From Bacteroidales bacterium (GTDB taxonomy: Bacteria > Bacteroidota > Bacteroidia > Bacteroidales > WCHB1-69), in assembly GCA_038210985.1 (NCBI GenBank), contig JBBQWB010000005.1, forward strand, positions 19 through 64,018: DNA of 64,000 bases, written 5' to 3'. A program made the position numbers and the translations under genes. Below are positions 63,867 through 64,000 of this stretch, piece by piece; within the stretch, counting starts at the first letter, position 1, and every line of letters starts with the position of its first letter. The notes below the pieces were generated by a model that saw nothing but the letters and a program-made list of their open reading frames with translations, did not search any database and had not been told where the DNA came from.

Positions 63867-63956
63867 GCAGTCATCCAGATTCGCCACGGCGAAGTCGAAG
63901 GAAACTGCGAATAGCTTGGCAAATGCTTGGTGGTTGAGCCCGTCGAAACCATCCGT
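63867..63956 (+). repeat. Module B followed by module D
   Basis: GCAGTCATCCAGATTCGCCACGGCGAAGTCGAAGGAAACTGCGAATAGC ... GGTGGTTGAGCCCGTCGAAACCATCCGT, the same modules as at 56222-56314. Confidence 0.9.
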
Positions 63957-64000
63957 AAAGTCCATCAATAAAATCAAGCCTCAAAACAACTGAATTAAAC

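Noticed and set aside
63777-63977. 66-aa minus-strand ORF at the right edge. Similar ORFs span repeats at 30329-30589 and 12049-12315.
   Set aside because: They lie entirely within intergenic repeat modules (A/B/D, module G, phased-box array) that recur in non-coding contexts elsewhere in the window.

Overview
This is a 64-kb chromosomal segment of a low-GC Bacteroidota genome (Flavobacteriia/Cytophagia-like). Supporting signs are type A and type B T9SS C-terminal sorting domains, a PorP/SprF gene, SprB and PKD repeats, and TAnnTTTG -7 promoter boxes close to start codons. I call 39 protein-coding genes, one of which runs off the left edge and is absent from the ORF track. I found no rRNA, tRNA, CRISPR array, transposase or integrase. 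Gene content: (1) a LacI-controlled mannoside operon (MFS sugar transporter, ROK kinase, GH2 beta-mannosidase, GH92 alpha-mannosidase). (2) An orphan AAA+/DUF4143-type ATPase. (3) A tightly packed five-gene cluster at 14.5-18.1 kb (CXXCH lipoprotein, outer-membrane beta-barrel, T9SS-exported DUF2271-like protein carrying an FMN-attachment-like motif, small secreted protein, NapH-like polyferredoxin). I consider this cluster the best candidate for an uncharacterised system, possibly an envelope-spanning redox module. (4) A membrane-AraC / PNPOx / holin-like operon and a LytS-LytTR pair. (5) Housekeeping genes: ddl, PASTA protein, rluD, valS, yraN, a TfoX_C-only protein, two M24B aminopeptidases, and an RluB-like synthase with a roughly 380-aa repetitive N-terminal extension. 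(6) Many T9SS cargo genes (four type A, two type B, plus the partial SprB-like gene), including a cargo-PorP-OmpA triad. Non-coding DNA is unusual. Nearly every large intergenic region is built from a mosaic of recurring palindromic modules, one of which is a twin hairpin that looks like tRNA anticodon arms. There are also heptanucleotide tandem repeats, a 33-bp-phased box array upstream of the ATPase gene, a 190-bp imperfect palindrome and a 920-bp ORF-free spacer. All functional calls rest on motif recognition by eye; no searches were run.
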